Source of the DNA: a virus | Lineage: Duplodnaviria; Caudoviricetes | DNA length: 61,782 bases | Reading direction: 5' to 3' (one strand) | Virus record (IMG/VR): IMGVR_UViG_3300032242_001102 | Coordinates: 1-61,782 of that record | Shown here: positions 1-8,162 of the stretch, piece after piece | Layout: each line of letters begins with the position of its first letter | Position numbering within the stretch: the first letter of the stretch is position 1 | The notes under the pieces: generated by a model | Database searches by the model: none | What the model saw: only the letters and a program-made list of their open reading frames with translations | What the model was told of the DNA's origin: nothing | Program-made: the position numbers and the translations under genes

Positions 1-1
1 A

Positions 2-88
2 AATGGAATACGTACTGTAGTATTGTTAGGTTCAAAGAATACTAAAACTCGTATCCCAGAAGCAGAGATGCTTGCTACACTTTATTAA
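2..88 (+). CDS. 3' end of a gene, possibly a peptidase S11 (D-Ala-D-Ala peptidase) C-terminus; partial
   Basis: Frame 2 reads NGIRTVVLLGSKNTKTRIPEAEMLATLY then TAA (86-88); loosely like PbpG/DacA C-terminal strand-helix. Confidence 0.3.
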   Translation, partial: NGIRTVVLLGSKNTKTRIPEAEMLATLY

Positions 89-350
89 ACTTGTTAATAT
101 CTTTCTTAGGCATATAATCAACACCGGGTATTGGACTATAATCTTTAGTTAAACTTGGTATCATCTCATCACCATACTTCAATGTAATATAGCTAAAGGT
201 ACTATCATTGTTCTTTTCTTGCATTCCGATCATTAAATGATTAGACCAAGATATCTTCATATCAACAACCTTTTTAATGTTGTTATCGGTTAATATATCA
301 GTGAAGTTGTTGCTCTCACGGTAAAAGGTATAGTATTTCATTTTTTCCAA
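75..350 (-). CDS. hypothetical protein
   Basis: 91-aa ORF overlapping neighbours in an operon. Confidence 0.7.
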   Translation of the reverse strand: MEKMKYYTFYRESNNFTDILTDNNIKKVVDMKISWSNHLMIGMQEKNNDSTFSYITLKYGDEMIPSLTKDYSPIPGVDYMPKKDINKFNKV

Positions 351-538
351 AGTATAAAGTTTATGTAATCGGATTCGGTCTCAAAGTAGAAATCATATAA
401 TCCGCCTTCAAATCCTGCGGGTATCCGACAATTGTATCCCCAGTCATTCCTACAATTTGTCTCACACCATTCAATGACTGGTTTTAGTTGACCGTAACCA
501 ATAATTATTTCAGTCTTGTACTGTGTATTTGGTGACAT
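338..538 (-). CDS. hypothetical phage protein
   Basis: ORF; ATG at 538 (MSPNTQ) preferred. Confidence 0.65.
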   Translation of the reverse strand: MSPNTQYKTEIIIGYGQLKPVIEWCETNCRNDWGYNCRIPAGFEGGLYDFYFETESDYINFILWKK

Positions 539-1010
539 TGACACCGCCCTGTTCAAGGAATTCTAATCCTTTGGTATCTCTATATGCTTCTCTATAAAAT
601 ACGTTATTGATACCAGATTGGTAAATAGCTTTAGCACAATGTATACAAGGTGCATGTGTTACAAATAATGTAGCACCTTCACTAGATTCTGTACTTGAGG
701 ACACTTTAGCAATTGCGTTCATTTCAGCGTGTAGGACCTCATCCTTAGTGATTAATCTATATTTGCGATTACTTTCAACAACACTATCATATTCTTCTAA
801 TGGATATAGTTGAGTATTCATACTATCACCGGGCATATAATCTTTATATTCACATTCGTTAGTCCATCCAGTTGGCATACCGTTATAACCTGTACCTAGA
901 ATTTTATTACCTTTAACGATAACTGCACCAACGTTTAATCTAATTGCTGAACTTAGTTTACTTGTGAGGTCAGCAATATCCATGTAATAATTTATAAATT
1001 TTTGTTTCAT
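510..1010 (-). CDS. dCMP deaminase
   Basis: GYNG, HAEMNAI and PCxxC zinc-deaminase motifs. Confidence 0.93.
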   Translation of the reverse strand: MKQKFINYYMDIADLTSKLSSAIRLNVGAVIVKGNKILGTGYNGMPTGWTNECEYKDYMPGDSMNTQLYPLEEYDSVVESNRKYRLITKDEVLHAEMNAIAKVSSSTESSEGATLFVTHAPCIHCAKAIYQSGINNVFYREAYRDTKGLEFLEQGGVNVTKYTVQD

Positions 1011-1246
1011 CTAACGTAGAATTTCTTAATATGTTCTTTTGCACTAGTATCGGATAATATACTTAGTACATAATTTGGTTCATTGTACTTTTTGCAAAAG
1101 GCTTCACCTAATTTAGTGTTACCTTTAATTTGTTCAAACAGAAACCCTTTGCAAAAATCTTCAAATTCTTGTTTACTAATAGTAAAATCTTTTTGTCCTT
1201 TACCTAGAGTTTGTACTTCTAGTTGTTTTGCCATCTTATCAAACAT
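1007..1246 (-). CDS. hypothetical protein
   Basis: ATG at 1246 (MFDKMA) just after the upstream stop; ATGA overlap with the deaminase gene. Confidence 0.65.
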   Translation of the reverse strand: MFDKMAKQLEVQTLGKGQKDFTISKQEFEDFCKGFLFEQIKGNTKLGEAFCKKYNEPNYVLSILSDTSAKEHIKKFYVR

Positions 1247-1247
1247 A

Positions 1248-1784
1248 TTAATCCCACAAACTTCTAAAATATTTTGCAAACAGATCCAAACCTTCTTGAA
1301 TACGTTCTTCATGTAATAGATGACCTTCACCATCATACCAGTGAGCATCCGGATCTTTATCAACCATCTGAAATGTATCTTCCATTTTGCCGGTTAATGG
1401 ATTGTGTGTTTGATTATCACTTTTAACCCAATCATAATCGCTTTTACCATGATGATATTTTTCACCATAATCTTCAAATGCAATTTGTTGAAAGGCCCAG
1501 ATCATTTTATCTAATGTTTCATCCCAACGTTTAGCACCTATTTCCCATGATTCGTTGTGTGATTCTATGTAAAAATCAAAACTTTGTTGGGTATTATATT
1601 CTTCACCACCAACATCTACAAAATCATTAGGAATACCCTGTTTAGTTTGTTTTAGTTGGATCAATGCCGGGTAGATAATAGTAGCTAGTGTATGGTCTAA
1701 ACTCCAAGTATCATATCTATCAATCTGTACATTGATTTTTCTACGTACCCCTTTTCTAGGATACTTACCAATATTTACTTTCAT
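1248..1784 (-). CDS. hypothetical phage protein
   Basis: 178-aa ORF, DTWSLDHTLA...EGLDLFAKYFRSLWD, a pattern recalled from T4-like phages. Confidence 0.75.
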   Translation of the reverse strand: MKVNIGKYPRKGVRRKINVQIDRYDTWSLDHTLATIIYPALIQLKQTKQGIPNDFVDVGGEEYNTQQSFDFYIESHNESWEIGAKRWDETLDKMIWAFQQIAFEDYGEKYHHGKSDYDWVKSDNQTHNPLTGKMEDTFQMVDKDPDAHWYDGEGHLLHEERIQEGLDLFAKYFRSLWD

Positions 1785-2107
1785 ACTTTATCCGTAACTT
1801 TGCCTTCAAAAAACGCAAAGAAATCTTCTCCGTGCTTTACTGTAGCATATTCAATGTTGTTATATTGTCTGCATAATTCTGCTAATTGTTGTAATGAATT
1901 TCCCTGACAGATAAAACTTTTAGTATCACGGTCATATAACAAAATAGTATCACCTACAGATTCTGTTTCTAGTCTAAAAACGGTAGGTCTGATTTCTTCT
2001 TTAATGATAAGATATGTATGTAAGTTTTTACGCAACTTATATAATGCATAGAATTCACCCATGACCCATCCTAAACCGATGAGTAGAACGATATCAAGTA
2101 ATGTCAT
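1781..2107 (-). CDS. hypothetical protein with N-terminal TM helix
   Basis: Hydrophobic N-terminus, ATGA coupling. Confidence 0.7.
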   Translation of the reverse strand: MTLLDIVLLIGLGWVMGEFYALYKLRKNLHTYLIIKEEIRPTVFRLETESVGDTILLYDRDTKSFICQGNSLQQLAELCRQYNNIEYATVKHGEDFFAFFEGKVTDKV

Positions 2108-2111
2108 AATA

Positions 2112-2393
2112 TTATTTATTAATAGTCAAGTTAGACCATTTCTTTAATTTCTTAAATTTCTGTAATTTTGCTACTGTTAATCCATTAGTTGTGATACCTA
2201 CATTATTTTCGGTAATTAATTCAACCATAGCTAATAGATCACCTAATTCTTTTTCTAGTCGTTGCATGTTAGTAACATGTACACCTTGCATCATTTGATC
2301 AGGTCCAAATCTAAAACATTTGCTTACTTCTACAATAACTTCGGCACATTCTTCCTGTAAGATAGTTAGTATCTCTCTTGTATCGTCATTCAT
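2112..2393 (-). CDS. MazG-like NTP pyrophosphohydrolase
   Basis: EECAEV...EKELGDL (EExxE...ExxD) motif. Confidence 0.8.
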   Translation of the reverse strand: MNDDTREILTILQEECAEVIVEVSKCFRFGPDQMMQGVHVTNMQRLEKELGDLLAMVELITENNVGITTNGLTVAKLQKFKKLKKWSNLTINK

Positions 2394-2620
2394 TTTTTAT
2401 TCCAATGATAGTTATTTAATTCTGCTACTACTTCATCTAGTGATTCTTCTACTTCCCATGTACCATGAGGAGGACAAAATACATAAGTAATGTTTTCAAT
2501 AATACCATCTTGTTTTTTAGCAAGATTGGGAGTGTTATACACAGTAGCAATCAAATCAACATTGATTGCGATTTTATTGCCTTTATGTGCTTCGTTGGCA
2601 TTTGTAAGAGAGATAAACAT
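2390..2620 (-). CDS. small FlbD-like hypothetical protein
   Basis: MFISLT...INVDLI...VEESLDEV pattern. Confidence 0.5.
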   Translation of the reverse strand: MFISLTNANEAHKGNKIAINVDLIATVYNTPNLAKKQDGIIENITYVFCPPHGTWEVEESLDEVVAELNNYHWNKK

Positions 2621-2778
2621 TAGAACCCAATCATATCAGTTAAGTATTTAAAAACAATTGCAAAGTTAAATGCAAAACAGAATCCATCACCATAATATAC
2701 CCATTTGGGACTTTCACTATAATCTTTAGTTATTAGCCAATAACCAAATAATAGTGTTATAATAACATTAAGTATCAT
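2620..2778 (-). CDS. small membrane protein (52 aa, not in ORF track)
   Basis: MILNVIITLLFGYWL...FAFNFAIVFKYLTDMIGF; TAATG coupling at both ends. Confidence 0.65.
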   Translation of the reverse strand: MILNVIITLLFGYWLITKDYSESPKWVYYGDGFCFAFNFAIVFKYLTDMIGF

Positions 2779-3290
2779 TATTTTTTCCTATTTGCAAGTG
2801 AGATAACATATTTTTCGTGATAGGATTTCCAATCAGTTAAGTAATGGTCATGTTTTACCCAACGATTACTTCCTGTTTTTGTTTTAGTTAAGAATCCCCA
2901 ATCACGTTGTTGTGGTCCCATAAAGAACAATGTAGTAGCACTAGTACCTTCTTCTAGTTCAAGCCAATGATATTCATTTGCACTACGTTTAATGATACTA
3001 CCTGGACCACGCCATGTTTGAAATTCAGCAATCATCTTACCTTCAGTGTTGAATACTGGAGTATGTTCCCAATAACCACCACTCAATACAATTGTCATAT
3101 AGGGCCAGGGATGGTCATGCATAATAGGATCATCACTACGAACAATTTTATGTAGTGTGACATTGAAGGGAAACTTGATACGGTCTTTGAGAAACAAGTA
3201 ATATCGGTGCATGTAATCTTCGCCTGTCCTACGATCAGGAATCAAACGATAACGACCTAACTTGTTCATAATATTGTGAAATACGTTCAT
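2778..3290 (-). CDS. cupin-fold protein
   Basis: HDHPW...GGYWE...H metal-binding cupin motif. Confidence 0.7.
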   Translation of the reverse strand: MNVFHNIMNKLGRYRLIPDRRTGEDYMHRYYLFLKDRIKFPFNVTLHKIVRSDDPIMHDHPWPYMTIVLSGGYWEHTPVFNTEGKMIAEFQTWRGPGSIIKRSANEYHWLELEEGTSATTLFFMGPQQRDWGFLTKTKTGSNRWVKHDHYLTDWKSYHEKYVISLANRKK

Positions 3291-3308
3291 TATTATCTCC
3301 TATGCTAT

Positions 3309-3337
3309 ATTATAGCACAACATCCAATTAAATGCAA
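3309..3337 (-). promoter_or_regulatory. sigma-70-type promoter
   Basis: TTGCAT-17-TATAAT. Confidence 0.65.
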
Positions 3338-3349
3338 GGACAAAGGTAG

Positions 3350-3373
3350 AAAAAGGGTGACGAATCACCCTTT
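3350..3373 (-). terminator. Rho-independent terminator
   Basis: AAAGGGTGA-TTCG-TCACCCTTT stem-loop running into a T tract. Confidence 0.85.
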
Positions 3374-3394
3374 ATTCACATCTCAAAACTGAGA

Positions 3395-3655
3395 TTAAAC
3401 AAGGCCCAAAGACATTGCACGATAGCCTGCGGCTACGATTTCACGACTAGGGGTACCCAAACGGTACTTAGTGTAAGTACCACCAAGTTTGTTTGTACGC
3501 TTGTTAGCGTAGATTGCCAAACCGCTACGCAAGCGCAAATCGCTTACTGTTGCAGTTGGGTTAGCAAACCCAAAACGTTGGGTAATTTGTTTTGCAGTCA
3601 ATTCTGCACCACTCTCAAATGCCTTAATAAGGCGTGCTTGTTTAGTTAATGTCAT
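3395..3655 (-). CDS. small winged-HTH DNA-binding protein
   Basis: ATG at 3655 with AAGGA RBS; LTAKQI...ATVSDLR helix-turn-helix plus wing. Confidence 0.65.
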   Translation of the reverse strand: MTLTKQARLIKAFESGAELTAKQITQRFGFANPTATVSDLRLRSGLAIYANKRTNKLGGTYTKYRLGTPSREIVAAGYRAMSLGLV

Positions 3656-3751
3656 TTTATTTTCCTTTAAAAAATCGCTGTTCTCACAACGTATATAGAT
3701 TATACGATAGTTTCTGTTATCGTACAATATATTCTGGACACCTTGTTTCAA

Positions 3752-4600
3752 TTAGATATCCAAAAACTTTAGCTCAAACACATCTGCTTGAGGATCAGAA
3801 CCCTTGTAACCACGAGGATTACATACCACTCTGGTAGTGCCAATATTATAATCAAATGGGTCATGCATATGACCATGAGTCCATAAGGTAATGTGTGGAT
3901 GGTCTAAAATGAATTCACTTAGTTCACTATGATAACCACCATTCATTATATAATGAACATTATGTTTATATCTATCATGGATACTCATTGCACTAGGTGC
4001 ATGATGTCCTACAAATACAACTTTACTATCTTTCATATCAGCTAACACTTGTTTTAAATAGCTTAGTGTTTGATAATGACGTTCTACTGAATGTATCGGG
4101 CGTAACTTACTATAATCATTTTCATCATTACGAATCACACGATAGTCATTCATCATATCCGCTAATGCATGAACTGTTAATGGATTATTTTTATTACAAT
4201 CAGTCCACAATGTGGCACCAATGAATGTGATATCATTAATAACCTTAATATCACGTTCTAAAAAGTAAATATTAGGATACCTAGCACATTCAGTACGTAG
4301 GTGATCTAAGCTACTATTCCACTTACCATGATAGAACTCATGATTGCCTGCAACATAAACAACATGAGGGAACTCAACACTTACTCTATTAAGGAAGTCA
4401 CGGAATCGTTGTGCGGCTTTTTGTCTTGAACCTAATTCAATATATGATTCATGTGGACTAACTACAGTAGGCGGATGATTGTGTAGATCTTCCGCAATCA
4501 TAATATCGCCGGATAGGATAAGGACCTCAGCACCTTCACTATTCTTGAGGTCAATATCTTCAAATTCTAAATGCAGGTCACTGCATAGTGCGATTTTCAT
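3752..4600 (-). CDS. calcineurin-like metallophosphoesterase
   Basis: DLH, GD, GNHE, HH, HGHMH motifs all intact. Confidence 0.92.
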   Translation of the reverse strand: MKIALCSDLHLEFEDIDLKNSEGAEVLILSGDIMIAEDLHNHPPTVVSPHESYIELGSRQKAAQRFRDFLNRVSVEFPHVVYVAGNHEFYHGKWNSSLDHLRTECARYPNIYFLERDIKVINDITFIGATLWTDCNKNNPLTVHALADMMNDYRVIRNDENDYSKLRPIHSVERHYQTLSYLKQVLADMKDSKVVFVGHHAPSAMSIHDRYKHNVHYIMNGGYHSELSEFILDHPHITLWTHGHMHDPFDYNIGTTRVVCNPRGYKGSDPQADVFELKFLDI

Positions 4601-4929
4601 TTAATGAATTCTGTTATATGTTTACAAGTACCACGATACATGTATCCGGGGCATGTACAGGTTTTTTCTTCTGTGTCAATAGAATAAGTATTACCTTTAC
4701 TGCCGGACACTTTGATGATTGTACTCTTTTCTTTTACTACCTTAAAAGGATTTGGCTTTACTGTAATAAACTTACGACCACGTTTATCTATTGTGATCGG
4801 GTTTTTGAAGTAATGAGGAGTAGTAGAACCAACCTTGATGTACGCAACCATTTTGCTGCCATCAAATAGATAGGTATGATTAGCATTGTTGCTATCATTC
4901 CAAACTGTTGTTTCTACTACTGCTTCCAT
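4597..4929 (-). CDS. SWIM zinc-finger protein
   Basis: CTCPGYMYRGTCKH. Confidence 0.8.
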   Translation of the reverse strand: MEAVVETTVWNDSNNANHTYLFDGSKMVAYIKVGSTTPHYFKNPITIDKRGRKFITVKPNPFKVVKEKSTIIKVSGSKGNTYSIDTEEKTCTCPGYMYRGTCKHITEFIK

Positions 4930-4938
4930 ATCTACTCC

Positions 4939-5193
4939 TTAATACATGTATGAACTGTTTGCTAAGTGATCCAATGCCATGTCACCGTTGTACATTGTGG
5001 ATTGTACGATTGAACCATCATTGAATGACCTGTAAACTGTGCTGATACTGTCAACGCAAATTAATTCATAACCCAATTTTTCTAGTACATCACGATTTGG
5101 GATACCATCTTTAAAACGATATACCATACCGTGTTTGCAACGCTTGTCTTGTACAAGACCAAATTTCTTAACTAATTTTTGTAATGAACTCAT
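4939..5193 (-). CDS. hypothetical protein
   Basis: 84-aa ORF, TAATG coupling. Confidence 0.65.
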   Translation of the reverse strand: MSSLQKLVKKFGLVQDKRCKHGMVYRFKDGIPNRDVLEKLGYELICVDSISTVYRSFNDGSIVQSTMYNGDMALDHLANSSYMY

Positions 5194-5663
5194 TATACTT
5201 CCTCTGATTCTAATTCTTTAGCAAGTGCCTCTGCCATCAAAACAAACTCACCACCATGATCGGATACAAACCAAGTAGCGACACCATCAACATTTCGCAA
5301 AATGTAATCATATTCTTCACGTTGACCATTAGCCAAAAATGTTTCGTAGTCTTTAAAGTAACGTACCTTAGTATTTTCTTCACCACGGTCACGTCCATAG
5401 AATGTAGTCATGTCACGGTACAACGCATAAAATTCTTCAGTTGACATTCCATTGTCAAATTGACTAAAAGGATGTTTTGTACCGACTGTAGGGCGCAAAC
5501 TAGAAATGTCGCCTAGGTCAATCAAATCACGCAAGATAAAGGGATTAGCATAGTACTCTTGCAACATTTTACCGTTGTGAGCCAAGTAACCATCCCAGTG
5601 ACAATATACCTGACCGATAGTACCATCAGCGAATTCTAATGCAATTGTAGAACGAGTTGCCAT
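5193..5663 (-). CDS. early phage hypothetical protein
   Basis: MATRSTI...YCHWDGY N-terminus; own promoter cassette. Confidence 0.8.
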   Translation of the reverse strand: MATRSTIALEFADGTIGQVYCHWDGYLAHNGKMLQEYYANPFILRDLIDLGDISSLRPTVGTKHPFSQFDNGMSTEEFYALYRDMTTFYGRDRGEENTKVRYFKDYETFLANGQREEYDYILRNVDGVATWFVSDHGGEFVLMAEALAKELESEEV

Positions 5664-5730
5664 TTTGTAAGTCCTTTATTTAACTGTCTAAGAATATATT
5701 ATAGCACAAATGCCATTTATTGTCAAATTT
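5664..5730 (-). promoter_or_regulatory. early promoter-leader-RBS cassette, copy 1
   Basis: TTGACA (5726-5721)-17-TATAAT (5703-5698), leader CTTAGACAGTTAAATAAAGGAC. Confidence 0.92.
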
Positions 5731-6002
5731 TACAACAAGTCAATTTGTACTTGTTTGCCACGAATTGTAGCACCGAGGCCTACGGGCAATAGGCTATTGT
5801 CTTTTTTGGCATTGTAACGCATATAAGACAATTTCATCAATGCTTCCCAGCAAACTGTGCGGGCTGTAACTGTAGCAAATTGCTCGGTCATTTGCTTGAT
5901 AGTCATATACATACCAATATCGTTTTCGCTTCCGTCACCCTTAAAAATTACACGGAATTTTTGTGAATTGTTGAAGCCGTCAATGATAGTTTTTGTACGC
6001 AT
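5730..6002 (-). CDS. early hypothetical protein
   Basis: ORF directly after cassette RBS. Confidence 0.75.
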   Translation of the reverse strand: MRTKTIIDGFNNSQKFRVIFKGDGSENDIGMYMTIKQMTEQFATVTARTVCWEALMKLSYMRYNAKKDNSLLPVGLGATIRGKQVQIDLL

Positions 6003-6064
6003 TTTTTAGTCCTTTATTTAACTGTTTAAGATTCTATTATAAACCCAAAACCATTTATTGTCAA
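6003..6064 (-). promoter_or_regulatory. early promoter cassette, copy 2
   Basis: TTGACA (6064-6059)-17-TATAAT (6041-6036), same leader. Confidence 0.92.
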
Positions 6065-6204
6065 CCTAAGGGAACCAGTACAATTTCCTCAAATTCATCT
6101 AGTTGATAAATATCCACTGTTGATGTACTCATTCCTGATTCCATAACTATGGAATAGTTTTCAGGAAGTTGTTTCAACTGTTCAATCAAATCTTTGACTA
6201 GCAT
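6061..6204 (-). CDS. small hypothetical protein (47 aa, not in track)
   Basis: MLVKDLIEQLKQLPEN...; AAGGA RBS; its TGA stop lies inside the next TTGACA. Confidence 0.65.
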   Translation of the reverse strand: MLVKDLIEQLKQLPENYSIVMESGMSTSTVDIYQLDEFEEIVLVPLG

Positions 6205-6218
6205 TTAAAATTCCTTCA

Positions 6219-6440
6219 TTAAACGTAAAAATCAGTATCAAAACCCAATGCAGTATAGACACACTCACGGACTTCTGTATCCATTGCTTCACCAAACAAT
6301 TCATAGTCACTATCAGCCACATCACGCAAATTTTGCAATACTACAGGCCAAGTGCTTTTATTCATTTTGTGGAATTCAATTATATCGGCTATTTGTTTGT
6401 CACCGTCATCACTAAACATACCGTATGAAACTTTAGTCAT
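6219..6440 (-). CDS. early hypothetical protein
   Basis: ORF after cassette. Confidence 0.75.
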   Translation of the reverse strand: MTKVSYGMFSDDGDKQIADIIEFHKMNKSTWPVVLQNLRDVADSDYELFGEAMDTEVRECVYTALGFDTDFYV

Positions 6441-6502
6441 TTTGTGTCCTTTATCTAACTGTCTAAGATTCTATTATATACCCAAAACCATTTATTGTCA
6501 AA
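6441..6502 (-). promoter_or_regulatory. early promoter cassette, copy 3
   Basis: TTGACA (6501-6496)-17-TATAAT (6478-6473). Confidence 0.92.
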
Positions 6503-6763
6503 TTACATTGACCAATATGTCTCTGTTGCAGGATTACAACAGTGTGGGGTATCAATATCAATCTCTATTTCCTTGCCGGTCATCAGATTTTTAACTGTTT
6601 TCTTGGGGAAAACATATCCGGGGTTTAGAACCTTAAAAGCTTCCAAAGTTTTACTGGTCTGTGCCAATGGGTTAGCTTCAATGAATTTGACCATTGACAA
6701 GAAACTCATACCCAAAAATTCTGCATCTTTTTGGATAACTTTGATTGCTGTAACTTCTTTCAT
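6503..6763 (-). CDS. early hypothetical protein
   Basis: ATG at 6763; C-terminal VKNLMTG...TPHCCNPATETYWSM. Confidence 0.75.
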   Translation of the reverse strand: MKEVTAIKVIQKDAEFLGMSFLSMVKFIEANPLAQTSKTLEAFKVLNPGYVFPKKTVKNLMTGKEIEIDIDTPHCCNPATETYWSM

Positions 6764-6822
6764 ACGATGCCTTTCAACTGAATAAGACTCTATTATAAAC
6801 CCAAATCCATTTATTGTCAAAT
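6764..6822 (-). promoter_or_regulatory. early promoter cassette, copy 4
   Basis: TTGACA (6820-6815)-17-TATAAT (6797-6792), leader variant AGAGTCTTATTCAGT. Confidence 0.92.
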
Positions 6823-7092
6823 TTAGGATACTTTTTGATCCATCATTTCAGAGAGGATAAACTTGGCAACATTCATTTGTTGACGGACATACTCGGTTGA
6901 ACGAGGACCTGTACCCATTGCCATCATTTCTTGGCAATCTGACATAATTCCCATTACGACCATTTCCAGACCAGAACACTTAGCGGTAATACTTTTCATG
7001 TACTGAGTACGGATATCCTGTTCGGTCATACCATAAATGTTGATTTCACGGGTACGTTGCATGTCACGTGCTACTGCGGCTGATAAGTTCAT
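6823..7092 (-). CDS. early hypothetical protein
   Basis: ATG at 7092 with AAGGAG RBS. Confidence 0.75.
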   Translation of the reverse strand: MNLSAAVARDMQRTREINIYGMTEQDIRTQYMKSITAKCSGLEMVVMGIMSDCQEMMAMGTGPRSTEYVRQQMNVAKFILSEMMDQKVS

Positions 7093-7153
7093 TGCTAACT
7101 CCTTTTGACTGAATAAGACTCTATTATAGACCCAAAACCATTTATTGTCAAAT
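7093..7153 (-). promoter_or_regulatory. early promoter cassette, copy 5
   Basis: TTGACA (7151-7146)-17-TATAAT (7128-7123). Confidence 0.92.
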
Positions 7154-7417
7154 TTTGTAGGTATTGTAATTACGAATTTTGCTTTGTTTGTCAGTATGGC
7201 TTTCATTGAATTTGATATCAGTATAGCCACTTGCACGGAGAGCACCAATTAGTGTACTCAAATCACAGTCCTCTTCCAAGAATGCATTGGAACCGTTCAT
7301 GTAACTATAAGTACTAATTTTATCAGCGATCCCTAATTGAACTAATTTGTCCTTAGGAAAACGGGCCCAAGCATGTCCTGGATCCGCAAACACTTTGATA
7401 GAAATTTTCTTAGTCAT
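7148..7417 (-). CDS. early phage hypothetical protein
   Basis: DPGHAW...AFLEEDCD motif; TGA stop inside the next -35 box. Confidence 0.8.
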   Translation of the reverse strand: MTKKISIKVFADPGHAWARFPKDKLVQLGIADKISTYSYMNGSNAFLEEDCDLSTLIGALRASGYTDIKFNESHTDKQSKIRNYNTYKI

Positions 7418-7480
7418 TTTGAGTCCTTTATTTAACTGTCTAAGATTGTATTATAGACCCAAAATGATTTATTGTCAAAT
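7418..7480 (-). promoter_or_regulatory. early promoter cassette, copy 6
   Basis: TTGACA (7478-7473)-17-TATAAT (7455-7450). Confidence 0.92.
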
Positions 7481-8077
7481 TTAGGACATGTTGCGATTTT
7501 GCAACACTTTATCAGCTAGGCCATATGCTACAGCCTCACTTGCACTCATAAAGTAGTCACGTTCCATGTCTTTTGCAAGCTCCTCAAATGATTTTCCTGC
7601 ACTATTGTGGTCAACATAAATTTGTGTTAATGATTTTTTCATAGCCAAAATTTCTTTAACTTGAATTTCCATGTCAGTAGCTTGACCGCGGGCACCACCA
7701 CTTGGTTGATGAATCATATGTCGTGCATTGGGTAGAATACTACGTTTACCTTTAGCACCTGCTTGTGCAAGTAAACTACCCATACTACAGGCTTGACCCA
7801 TTACAATAGTTTGTACATCGGGTTTAATAAATTTAATTGTATCTAAAATTGCAAGCCCAGCTGTTACACTACCGCCCGGACTATTGATATATAGACTAAT
7901 ATCTTTATCTGAATCTTCACTTTCCAAGTATAGTAGTTGTGCAACGATTAGATTTGCCATTTGGTCATGTACTTCACCTTCAAGTAAGATAACACGGTCA
8001 CGTAGTAAACGACTGTAAATGTCATAACTACGTTCACCTTTACTTGTTTGTTCTAATACCATTGGGACTAAGCTCAT
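7481..8077 (-). CDS. clpP: ATP-dependent Clp protease proteolytic subunit
   Basis: [21 protein letters not shown] (catalytic Ser), MIHQP, MERD. Confidence 0.97.
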   Translation of the reverse strand: MSLVPMVLEQTSKGERSYDIYSRLLRDRVILLEGEVHDQMANLIVAQLLYLESEDSDKDISLYINSPGGSVTAGLAILDTIKFIKPDVQTIVMGQACSMGSLLAQAGAKGKRSILPNARHMIHQPSGGARGQATDMEIQVKEILAMKKSLTQIYVDHNSAGKSFEELAKDMERDYFMSASEAVAYGLADKVLQNRNMS

Positions 8078-8106
8078 ATTGTTTCCTTCTTTTAAAAATA
8101 TTTGCG

Positions 8107-8113
8107 ATAAATA
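8107..8113 (+). promoter_or_regulatory. T4-like late promoter
   Basis: ATAAATA, close to the T4 late consensus TATAAATA; same motif precedes other genes (26721, 32920 on plus; 13706, 55451 on minus). Confidence 0.6.
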
Positions 8114-8162
8114 CTTAATGGTGCTACAATTAGCACTTCATTAACTCTTTGAGATATTATAC

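Noticed and set aside
5664-7480. Regularly recurring repeat as a CRISPR array or attC sites
   Set aside because: Units are separated by 270-430 nt containing whole genes, match a sigma-70 promoter and are not palindromic; no cas or integrase gene in the window.
8121-8138. CIRCE (HrcA) operator upstream of clpP
   Set aside because: Half-sites are in the opposite order with a 4-nt spacer, not TTAGCACTC-N9-GAGTGCTAA.
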